From: an uncultured archaeon
GTDB taxonomy: Archaea; Asgardarchaeota; Thorarchaeia; Thorarchaeales; CAZPUN01
Direction: 5' to 3'
Assembly (NCBI GenBank): GCA_964589775.1
Contig: CAZPUN010000026.1
Location: 4,557-36,556, forward strand
DNA: 32,000 nt
The position numbers were made by a program, and so were the translations under genes. The notes under the pieces are model-generated. The model saw only the letters and a program-made list of their open reading frames with translations, had not been told where the DNA came from and did no database searches. Below, in pieces: positions 1-9,400 of the stretch; position 1 is the first letter of the stretch; every line of letters begins with the position of its first letter.

Positions 1-37
1 CATTTCTTTAAAACACCCAAAATGCAACAATAAGATG

Positions 38-159
38 AGTGTAAAACCTGTATATGCAATTAGGATAGCAGCTACAATTACCGCTACAGAGAACAAATTG
101 TTGAAAACTAGCCCGCAAGGATCGCGGATTGAAATAAAGAAAGAAATATCGCCCAACAC
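38..159 (-). repeat. Degenerate duplicate of a segment of the adjacent CDF gene (VLGD...TGFTL region), interrupted by a net 48-nt insertion
   Basis: 38-97 matches 556-615 at 57/60 nt. 147-159 matches 617-629 at 11/13 nt, and both of those differences are synonymous in the CDF frame. Confidence 0.85.
100..135 (+). repeat. Solitary CRISPR-repeat-like sequence GTTGAAAACTAGCCCGCAAGGATCGCGGATTGAAAT (no array)
   Basis: 36 nt long, starts with GTT, has a CCGC/GCGG stem and ends in an 8-nt ATTGAAAN directly after the stem. Only one copy seen. Confidence 0.4.
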
Positions 160-203
160 CTCTTAAAATCTCCTTTCATAACCCCTATTATTTATGTTGT
201 AAA

Positions 204-1157
204 CTATGAATGCTCATGGGATGCGAAGCAGGCACGTTCTTCAGTTTCTGCCTGAATTGTAATATGGTCAAATCCTAAGTGGTTTAACCGTTTATCTATT
301 TCTGGAGCGATACATTCGAAACGTTCAAGATTTTTCACGCGTACATGAGCGGTAAGTACATTCAGATGAGAGCACAATCTCCATGCATGCACATCATGTA
401 CATCAATAATCTCGTCATAACTTTCCAGGATCTTCCGGATTTGTTCAATGTCATAGGAACTCTTATTCATAATCATATCGACACTTCGCATAATGACGCG
501 ATATGTACTACGAATGAGTATGATTCCAATTAAGATTGCAACGATAGGGTCTATAAGTGTAAAACCTGTATATGCAATTATGATAGCAGCTATAATTACC
601 GCTACAGAGGACAAAGTATCCCCCAATACATGTAAATATGCACTTTCTACATTTAGACTCATACGTCCTTTCGCGTTTTCTTGAGATGATTCATGATGAT
701 TAAACTCATTGGAATCAATATGTGAAATATTATGGTCATGATGCCCATGAGCATGTTCGTGTGATGTGCTGTGTAAAAACTTAGCTGAGACAAGATTCGC
801 AACTAATCCGATTACTGCCACCACAAATACGCCTTCAAATTGGATCAGTTGTGGATGCAGAATCCGCTCGAAGGCGTCAATAAAGATCAGAAGGGTCGTG
901 CCACCGAGTAAAATTCCATTCACGAATCCAGTAATAGATTCCATGCTATGATATCCATATGTGTACTTATCGTTTGCAGGCTTGGATGCCAGATATACAG
1001 TTATGTATGATAGTAGTAAGGATACAACATCAACAAGAACATGAAAAGAGTCGGCAAGCAGACTAATACTATTATAAATTATACCACCAACTAATTCCAT
1101 GAAAAATACTGAAAATGTAGCTATGATTGAATAAAGTAGGGCTTTGCGCTCTTTCAA
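204..1157 (-). CDS. czcD: Cation diffusion facilitator (CzcD/ZitB-like Zn/Co/Cd exporter)
   Basis: SLLADSFHVLVD (TM2 HxxxD), YTYGY..E, His-rich loop, AYLHVLGDTLSS (TM5 HxxxD), DVHDVHAW and HITIQ in the C-terminal domain. Confidence 0.93.
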   Translation of the reverse strand: MKERKALLYSIIATFSVFFMELVGGIIYNSISLLADSFHVLVDVVSLLLSYITVYLASKPANDKYTYGYHSMESITGFVNGILLGGTTLLIFIDAFERILHPQLIQFEGVFVVAVIGLVANLVSAKFLHSTSHEHAHGHHDHNISHIDSNEFNHHESSQENAKGRMSLNVESAYLHVLGDTLSSVAVIIAAIIIAYTGFTLIDPIVAILIGIILIRSTYRVIMRSVDMIMNKSSYDIEQIRKILESYDEIIDVHDVHAWRLCSHLNVLTAHVRVKNLERFECIAPEIDKRLNHLGFDHITIQAETEERACFASHEHS

Positions 1158-1270
1158 TGTTATTCACGAGAATGATATATACATAAAACATATAATTGTA
1201 TTATCTAAATGGCAATTCAAACAAAAAAGAGAAAAAGAAAAGGGGGCAGACATCCCAATTCAAAGGGGAC

Positions 1271-2515
1271 TTATGGCCATAGACCACGCTTAATCAATGC
1301 CTGAACAACTCTATCGACGCTAATGACATAGGCAGCTTCTCTAGGTGTTAAGTCTTTTTGTTGTGCTAAATTCCAAACTGCGTGGAAGGCATCGCGCATT
1401 CTCTTGTCGAGTTTGGTTCTAACTTCATGGAGTTCCCAAATCTCACGGTGCAAGTTTTGGTTCCATTCTAGATAACTTGCAGTAACTCCACCAGCGTTAG
1501 CTAGGATGTCTGGAATAACAATAGTTCCCTTTTCTGTAAGGATTTCTTCTGCTTTAGGAGTCGTTGGACCATTTGCACCTTCAACAATATATTTTGCCTT
1601 AATATCATTGGCGTTCTTCTCAGTAATGGTACCTTCGATTGCCGCAGGAACTAATAGATCCACATCAAGAGTTAGAAGTTCTTCATTTGTGATTTCTTTT
1701 GCTCCGGGGAATTTAATAACAGAACCGGTCTTCTTTACGTGCTCAATTAAAGCTTCAGGATTGAATCCCTCAGGGTTGTAAATACCACCAAATACATCAG
1801 ATACAGCTACTACCTTATATCCAAGTTCATGAGCAGTGATTGCAGCGTATGAGCCTACATTACCAAATCCTTGAATTGCTACAGTGGGAGCTTTCTCACC
1901 TTTAAGCTTCATGAGCTCGTGAGCAACAATCATGACCTCACGGCCAGTCGCTTCAGTTCGACCTTCAAGTCCTCCAACTTCGAGGGGCTTTCCTGTGACA
2001 ACTTCAGGAATCGCATAACCACGATACATAGAATAGGTGTCCATGATCCATGCCATGGTCTGTGGATTTGTATATACATCAGGAGCAGGTACATCCTTGT
2101 AAGGTCCAATCTGGTCTAGAATCGCAACTGTGAAACGACGAGTAAGCCGCTCAAGTTCTCGCTGGGACATCTTTGGTGGATCTACGATTACACCACCTTT
2201 CGCTCCACCATATGGAATATTGACAGCTGCGCACTTCCATGTCATCCACATGGCAAGTGCTTTTACTTCATTTAATGTGACATTGGGATGGTATCGAATA
2301 CCGCCTTTTGTAGGTCCTCTTGCATCATTGTGATGAACACGATACCCTGTGAAAACTTCAATATCACCATTATCCATTCGTACAGGGATAGAAACTTCAA
2401 TTGCCTTTTTTGGCTTCTTCAAAATCTTTAGGAGTCCTGAGTCAAGATCCATAATCTTCGCAACATGTTCAAGCTGCTGAACAGCCATTTCATATGGGTC
2501 GAGAGAGTTAGACAT
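1271..2515 (-). CDS. gdhA: Glutamate dehydrogenase (Glu/Leu/Phe/Val family)
   Basis: GPTKGGIRYHP, MTWKCA, PYGGAKGG, DVPAPD, QGFGNVG, EGANGP, PDILANAGGV. SD GGTGA upstream. Confidence 0.97.
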   Translation of the reverse strand: MSNSLDPYEMAVQQLEHVAKIMDLDSGLLKILKKPKKAIEVSIPVRMDNGDIEVFTGYRVHHNDARGPTKGGIRYHPNVTLNEVKALAMWMTWKCAAVNIPYGGAKGGVIVDPPKMSQRELERLTRRFTVAILDQIGPYKDVPAPDVYTNPQTMAWIMDTYSMYRGYAIPEVVTGKPLEVGGLEGRTEATGREVMIVAHELMKLKGEKAPTVAIQGFGNVGSYAAITAHELGYKVVAVSDVFGGIYNPEGFNPEALIEHVKKTGSVIKFPGAKEITNEELLTLDVDLLVPAAIEGTITEKNANDIKAKYIVEGANGPTTPKAEEILTEKGTIVIPDILANAGGVTASYLEWNQNLHREIWELHEVRTKLDKRMRDAFHAVWNLAQQKDLTPREAAYVISVDRVVQALIKRGLWP

Positions 2516-2530
2516 TAGATTTCACCCATA

Positions 2531-2726
2531 TACAATTTGGTACGTTTTACTAATAAGAATTTCCGAAACGGTACAATTTGGTCTATGTAAAATATGCAGT
2601 TATGATAATTTACATTTACGAAAATATACTTTAAATCTATCTACAAATTCTTTACATTTGTAAAAAATAAAACACCTCAAAAATTTACAAATCCGAAATG
2701 GACAAAACACGCATAAAAGATGTAAA
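2531..2726 (-). promoter_or_regulatory. gdhA upstream region with candidate operator repeats
   Basis: TACAATTTGGT direct repeat at 2531-2541 and 2572-2582. TTTACA-N2-TGTAAA palindrome at 2651-2664, plus further half-sites. Confidence 0.35.
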
Positions 2727-2796
2727 TATATAATAAAAGCAAAAAGCTAAGTTGGTAATTTTGTTTAAACATTAAAAAAAGTATGGGATATAATTA

Positions 2797-4107
2797 CTAT
2801 ATTATCTCAACAAGATCATATCTTGATTTCTTATTCCTACGTGCTTTAAAGACAAAGAATGGATTTATGTGGTATGGCTTTTCAATATATGCGATAAGAG
2901 AACCTAAAATTACGGAGAGTCGTATGGATAAATCGGAAATTGTCATAATATATTGATTTATTTTAGATTCTTGAAATGAGAATAGAAGTAATGTGATATT
3001 TGATTTTGTGAACATCTTATTCATTAAGTTTAATATTTCATCAATAGACATAAATGTTAAGAATGTATCGATGAAAATAGCAATTAATACTTCTTTTTGA
3101 TGTATTATTATGTCATCAATTTTTGTTCTTATATCATAAGAAGCACCTTGTTTCTCTACAAAATTATAGGGATTTATTATAATAACCGTATCGTTTATTT
3201 TATCATCAGTATATTTTTTACGAAGTATTGCTTTTATATGCTCAGTTCGTTCATTACACGGAAGAAGAACTATTAATTTTTTATTATTATCGATCCATGA
3301 CAGCAGGAGTGTACCAAATAGGTCACTTGCATACTCAGTATTTAAATTGTAAGGTAAAATGACATGAAGTGAACTTCCTAATTTTAAGCCGCCACCTAAA
3401 ATTGAATCTACCTTTTTAATTCCGGTTGGAATTATAGTGACTGGCTCTTCATATTTTATTAATTCAATTTGCCGAATATCTTGAGGTTCGGGTATTGGAA
3501 TCGTTCGAAATATGCCATCGACAAGTGTATACACACCGAAAGGTCGCTCGATTGGGACTCCACGAGATTTTGTGATTTCGTATACTCTGAATCGTCGTTG
3601 GTTTATTATTTTGAATCCAAGTTTAATAACTCCAGATACATCCCGTTCAATATTGAACTCATCTTCTTTTTCACTTATGTATATCCAATTTCCTTTTATT
3701 AATTGATGAATTTCTGAAACATGCATATTAGATTTTGTTAAAACTCGTTCAAATGCTTGTATACTATCAATTATGAAAATCGCATCGGGGTTTTGCTTAC
3801 GTAATGTGCGAAGCTGTTCTATCAACGAGATACCATCAGGTGACCTTATTGTTTTAAGATCGCTGTCGTTATATAGGCTGCCGCGTGCATCTACGAGATC
3901 CTCTTTAGACAGTACTTTCTTGGCTATCGGTATTTGTTCTAGGACATCCATAGGATTTCCACGTGTTGAAATATATATTGCCTTTCGTCTAAGTATCTTT
4001 GATATAGTCAAACTTAGAATTGTTTTTCCTGAGCCTGGGCGTCCTTCTATTAAAAGGACTGCATTAGGATTTTTGAAAAATTTCTTAAAGAACTCCAAAA
4101 TGCCCAC
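2797..4107 (-). CDS. GvpD/KaiC-like RecA-superfamily ATPase, two domains, second degenerate
   Basis: Walker A GRPGSGKT, Walker B FIIDS and EITKSRG (KxRG). The second domain starts IPTGIKKVDSILGGGL but has no GKT. Confidence 0.8.
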   Translation of the reverse strand: MGILEFFKKFFKNPNAVLLIEGRPGSGKTILSLTISKILRRKAIYISTRGNPMDVLEQIPIAKKVLSKEDLVDARGSLYNDSDLKTIRSPDGISLIEQLRTLRKQNPDAIFIIDSIQAFERVLTKSNMHVSEIHQLIKGNWIYISEKEDEFNIERDVSGVIKLGFKIINQRRFRVYEITKSRGVPIERPFGVYTLVDGIFRTIPIPEPQDIRQIELIKYEEPVTIIPTGIKKVDSILGGGLKLGSSLHVILPYNLNTEYASDLFGTLLLSWIDNNKKLIVLLPCNERTEHIKAILRKKYTDDKINDTVIIINPYNFVEKQGASYDIRTKIDDIIIHQKEVLIAIFIDTFLTFMSIDEILNLMNKMFTKSNITLLLFSFQESKINQYIMTISDLSIRLSVILGSLIAYIEKPYHINPFFVFKARRNKKSRYDLVEII

Positions 4108-4188
4108 CTGATTGTATCCGATAATTATGAAAAATAGTAAAAAAGACGGCTAAAAATTTTTCTCTTTGAAATATACATATTATTATTT

Positions 4189-4869
4189 TTAAATTATTTC
4201 GGCTCCGACAATTGCTGCTGGCGGAATGTGAGTTGCGATGAATACCAATTTTGCAGGCCTATAGAGCTCAACACCAAGTTCTTTCAGTTTAGATGTAGAT
4301 ATTTCAAACAGCACGACTCGTTTATCAAGTGTATCTTCACTAATGTGTCGTCGTGCAACTTCAATGGCGTCATTCTTATTTAGCGACAAATGCACAAATT
4401 TACGTTTTTGGGGTAAAATTCCGAGTTCCATGATTATCTTTCGATTTCCGATAGGCGAGGCGTGGTAAATTATTTCTGGTGGATGTTTTACAGGTTCAAA
4501 TCCTAGATCAACATTAATCGAATGACCATAAACGGCACGTATTCTGTTATTTCGAATTTCAAACCTTCCTTTAGGATCGAACATAGCAATTGCTCGGATG
4601 TGATCTGCTTCGAAAGGAATTCCTTTTTTCTTACCAATCCTATGTGCTACTACATCAATTGTTTCAACAGTAAAGCCATTATGTGAAAGATGGATATTAA
4701 ATGCACTTGGTTTATGTCTTAAAATTAGTGCGAGAACCTTACTTAGTGACATTCGGACATCTGGCTTTAGTAAAATTCGAGCTTTTTGTCTACAATGATA
4801 AGGTTCTAGTGTAAATTTTCCACAGACTCGACATTGATAAATTGTAACATTGTTGTCATATTGCGTCAT
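4189..4869 (-). CDS. kptA: RNA 2'-phosphotransferase (Tpt1/KptA) with N-terminal Zn-ribbon-like motif
   Basis: LSKVLALILRH, DPKGRF, IRAVYGHS, YH, R..VHLS, and N-terminal CRVC...HC. ATG at 4869 preferred over the GTG at 4917 because of a G-rich SD. Confidence 0.92.
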   Translation of the reverse strand: MTQYDNNVTIYQCRVCGKFTLEPYHCRQKARILLKPDVRMSLSKVLALILRHKPSAFNIHLSHNGFTVETIDVVAHRIGKKKGIPFEADHIRAIAMFDPKGRFEIRNNRIRAVYGHSINVDLGFEPVKHPPEIIYHASPIGNRKIIMELGILPQKRKFVHLSLNKNDAIEVARRHISEDTLDKRVVLFEISTSKLKELGVELYRPAKLVFIATHIPPAAIVGAEII

Positions 4870-5101
4870 TAAAGAACACCCCAATGCCTCAAAGGAATTT
4901 TCGTTTTTAGTAAGCACGCCATGGTTTATATATCTATTTTTTACGGTGTTTTCAAAAAATATATTAAAATCGAAAATCTATAAATTCAGTTAGAATTAAG
5001 ATTCACATTGGGAGAAAGCAACAGCCTTAAATCTTAGTTTTGCGCTATTAATAAGTGATTATGGGATGGATCATTTTTTCCTTAAGGACAGGTGACTACT
5101 G

Positions 5102-5614
5102 TTGAGTGATGGCACAGAGACAAAAACAGACAAGAAAAGAGGTATGTTTTCAGGTATTATTGAGAAACTGAAAGGCGTATTCAAAAGGGAATCTAAACCT
5201 GTTAAATTCATAGATGAGAAAACAGTTGAGAAGATCGTGAGCACACCGACAAGAGTACCAGACAAGTCAAGAGCTGGGTATTCCGAAACGTCTGCACCGA
5301 CTCCTGAATCACCTATTAGAAAGCGAATACCTTTACCACCACCATCTCCAAAATTAGTACCAAAACATGAAACTACGACAGTACCTGAAAAAACAGATGT
5401 GATAAGTCCTGGTTTGGAAGACGTTTCTGAGGAAGACATACAACTCATTAAATTGGAAAAGGAAAAGCAGATAATTCTTGATGAGCTTGATTTAATTGAA
5501 TTAAAATATAAAGAAGGCGAAATAACAGCTCAAGAGCGAGACCGTAGATATGTGGAATTGATTAATAAACTATTCAAAATAAAAAGAGAAATTAGAAGAC
5601 TAAAGCAGGGCTAA
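5102..5614 (+). CDS. Hypothetical protein: amphipathic N-terminal helix, Pro-rich linker, C-terminal helical hairpin/coiled coil
   Basis: SD AGGTGA before a TTG start. KKRGMFSGIIEKLKGVFK, RIPLPPPSP and a charged helical C-terminus. Confidence 0.75.
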   Translation: MSDGTETKTDKKRGMFSGIIEKLKGVFKRESKPVKFIDEKTVEKIVSTPTRVPDKSRAGYSETSAPTPESPIRKRIPLPPPSPKLVPKHETTTVPEKTDVISPGLEDVSEEDIQLIKLEKEKQIILDELDLIELKYKEGEITAQERDRRYVELINKLFKIKREIRRLKQG

Positions 5615-5617
5615 TTT

Positions 5618-6355
5618 TTATTTTTCATCACTTAAAAATGCGTGTCCTGCTTCAAGTGCGATCCTTATCATTGGTTCGAGAGAAATTTTTTCTGAAGAGA
5701 CAGGTTCTCCAGTATGTGTACTTCCAATAATTGTAAGTACGGTTCCTACATGAACTTTACGGATAGAACCGACAACCATCAATGCTGCGGATTCCATTTC
5801 AGTTGCAAGAACATTAGCTTTTTCCCATGTTTTCCAGCGTGCAGTAATATCTGCTTTTGGTACTTCTTCTTCATATTCTGAATAAAAGGCATCTTTTGAA
5901 TGGACAATTCCTATATGATATCGGGCGTTACTCTCTTCCGCAGCTTTACTTAAATATGTAAGTAGTTTAAAAGAAGCAACTGCAGGATACTCCGGTGGTA
6001 CATATTGATGTGTAGTTCCCTCATCGCGTACTGCACCGGTAGCAATGACAATATCTCCAAGATTTATAAAGGGTTGTAATGATCCTGAAGTACCAACCCG
6101 TATGAAACATTTCGCTCCGACTCTAATTAATTCTTCAATCGCAATTGCAGCGGATGGACTACCGATTCCCGTTGATGTTACTGAGATCTCCATATCTTTG
6201 TACTTGCCAGTAAAGGTCCAGAATTCTCTGTTTTTTGCAACTGTTCGATATTCGTCGAAAAAGTTTTCTGCTATCCATTCAGCACGCCCTGGGTCTCCAG
6301 GCAATAATACGCATTTTGCGACATCTCCCTTTCTACACCGTATATGATATTCCAT
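5618..6355 (-). CDS. udp: Nucleoside phosphorylase (uridine phosphorylase-like, PNP/UDP family)
   Basis: YHI, VLLPGDPGRA, NREF, STGIGSPSAAIAIEEL, FIRVGTSG, RDEGTT, EMESAAL. Confidence 0.9.
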   Translation of the reverse strand: MEYHIRCRKGDVAKCVLLPGDPGRAEWIAENFFDEYRTVAKNREFWTFTGKYKDMEISVTSTGIGSPSAAIAIEELIRVGAKCFIRVGTSGSLQPFINLGDIVIATGAVRDEGTTHQYVPPEYPAVASFKLLTYLSKAAEESNARYHIGIVHSKDAFYSEYEEEVPKADITARWKTWEKANVLATEMESAALMVVGSIRKVHVGTVLTIIGSTHTGEPVSSEKISLEPMIRIALEAGHAFLSDEK

Positions 6356-6481
6356 TTTTTACACTCCGGAATTATACTAAATCCTGTATCTAAAAATATG
6401 CTCAAAACAATATAAGATAAACTGTATGGAATGAAATGAAAATTTGATTATATAAAAAATAAATAAAAGGAGAAAGTCAAA

Positions 6482-9400
6482 CTAAGACTTTCTAATTAAC
6501 GCTAATATTTTCTCTCTCTTGAGATAGATAACTACTACCGCAACGACAGTTACTCCGACAACTACTATGACAAGAGCATATTGCGTCAGAAGATCATTTT
6601 GAGCTGTATTATTTTGTGCTGAAAGTACGTGAATAGTGATAGCAAAGGGCGTTTCTAAGTTAAATGCATCTCTGAATTTTATTAATACAGTATATGTACC
6701 CGGCTCACCGGAAAATACGTATGAAATCGTTTGATTTGCTTCCCAAGTGCCTGTTTCTACAGATACATTGTTCACAAGAATTTCATAGGTTGTTGGACTG
6801 AAATCTTCCGCCTTCCATGATAGCGTCACAGTGTCTGTACTATTAATTGTAATTTCATAACTAGATCCAAGAAATGTTACTACCGGCGCAGCTATAGGAT
6901 GTATATATACAATTACAGTGCTCACATTCACAACGTACCATGAATAGATGACTATGGTATAATTATACATTCCGACATCAAGTGTTCCGAGATCGATAGA
7001 GACCGTTACATTCGGAGGCGTATTTACTACATCTATTTCGGTTCCATTCATATAGAGGATGTAGCCTTCTAATGAAAATCCTTCGAGATGCCATTGTAGT
7101 AATTTATGATATGAGTATTCATTATGAATTACACTGGGCCCGGCTTCAATAGTTGGTACGAATATTTGATATATACCATAGGCAAAAAGTCCATAGATTA
7201 AGTTATTACCACCAGATATACTACCATCATTGAATAATACACAATTGTCATTATAAAATGCAGATATGTTTGTGTTAATGAATTCTGAGTAATAATAATC
7301 GCTCGGATTTGGATACACTCCAGTGGAATTTACTTTTGTAGACATCGTTGAAACGCCTAAATATCCATAAACATTTTCGATTGTACAATTATAGTATTTG
7401 TTGTGATTTTCAACAAATTCGGTGAAATTATTTGTAAAGTATGTTGAGTAGATTGAAAGCTTGGTTATATTGCAACCTACGAGCGTTAAGTTTACTACAT
7501 CATATGTATAGACCGTACTTAATTTAACGTTCTTTACATACGAATTCATTGCTCGGCTGGATGAAATTCTTACGGATACTGCAGGATAACTATCATTGTA
7601 TTCATCGTTGATATACGTTAATTTCGCATTGTTGTATACTGATATTTTATAATATGATTCTAGAAAATGAGAGTTTCGAATATTTAATGTTGAATATTGT
7701 TTAATATAGATATAACTATGGAATGTCGAGTTTTCTATAGTAAATTGTGAGTATTCATTTAGATATATTGTCTTATCAAATAAAGTTGTATTTGCATATA
7801 GGGTTGTATGGCCATAACTATAAATGTATCCAACCGTTGAATTTGTAAGCACAAAAGATGCATAATCATACGATCTAATATCTTCATCTACAGTTGAATT
7901 TTTCATAATTATTCGCGAGTTTCCTCGCATTACTATAAATTGAAACTTTGAATTAAGGATCGTTGAATTTATAATTTGCATTGTACTATTTTCGTAGAGC
8001 AATATACAATACGTTTTAGTTGAATAAACAAGGTTTTCTACATGCATTGTTGAATTGATGAAATTACCGCTTACAACATTATCGACCATTGTTATACTAT
8101 TTGTTCCGGTACCCAGAATGAGCTCTTGATAATTATTGACTGTAACATTTACGAAATAATTATTTATATTATCAAAATTATAGGTATTAGTGTATATGTA
8201 TGAATAACCAGAATATGGATTTACGCCAGTGTATATACTGCCTGAAATTTGTACGTTTATTAAACTGAGCTTAGTATTATAGCTAAGAATGGCATAACTC
8301 ATTGTTGTGAATAATGCATTTGATATGTTTACATTACTATCAATCATATAAATTGTTAAAGATACTGAAACATTAGTAATAGCAATAGTTGAGTTATTGA
8401 TATACATTGTACTCAGTGTGGAATTCGAGATCGTTATATTTGAGTTTGAGAATCGGTAGTTGTAATAATTAAAACCGTTAAATGTTGAATTATAAATATC
8501 GACAGTTCCACTTGTAGTAATTATTCCTCCATTTGGATAAATTGAGGTATTTACAAGAATTAATGTTCCGCCATATAACATGAACATAGTCGCAGTCGAG
8601 ATATTTGAAACGCGTACGGTTCCATTATATATGCTAATTGAATTAAAGTAGATTTTTGAATATGTTAGATTCTCAGGAATTAACGTCTCGCCAGATTCCG
8701 TCAAAATACCGCTTGGAGTTATATTTGCATCACAATATATATATGCGGTATCATGATAATATTTGGCGTATACATTGATAATTGTCTGATTTTCTCTTTG
8801 ACTATTGTAGTTGTAAAATTCATAAGTTATATTCACGTTCTTGAAATAGTTAATACTATCATATACTCGAAAGCTATAGATACTTGTATTAACTATTGAT
8901 AATGTTACATTTTTTAAATATGGCGAAAAACTAAAGGATGTAATATTTGAGCCGATAATATTAGCACTTGTATTATAATACGTATACAATGAGTTAATTG
9001 TTGCATTATATAGATACAAGTTTGAATTATCATTCTGATAAACTGTATTCTTAAATTCAGAATTTATTAATTCAAATGATGAATGATATCCGTAAAGTTC
9101 ACTGGAAAGTACAGAAGTATATACATATACCGATGAATAATATGCATATATCCTATGTGGATTAGTTGTACTACCGAGACTATATGATCCATTGATCAAA
9201 TATATTCTATTCCAATTCGTTAAATAGGATAACTGTGTCAAGTCCCAATCGCCTATAAAGATGTAACTATTTGGAGCCATATTTACAATCGAATCTTTTG
9301 TATATTCGTCAAGATCTACTCCAAATGTATGTGTTCCAGTAGGTCCACTGTATTGTATTGAACCGGGACCCCAGCAATATAAAAGACCTAAATAGTTCGT

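Noticed and set aside
1-200. CRISPR array
   Set aside because: Only one repeat-like unit; no second copy at spacer distance on either side.
1506-2333. Several + strand ORFs opposite gdhA
   Set aside because: Fully antisense to a highly conserved gene, with no independent coding signal.
5071-5448. 125-aa minus-strand ORF
   Set aside because: Overlaps the + strand ORF, which has a clear SD and a more protein-like composition.
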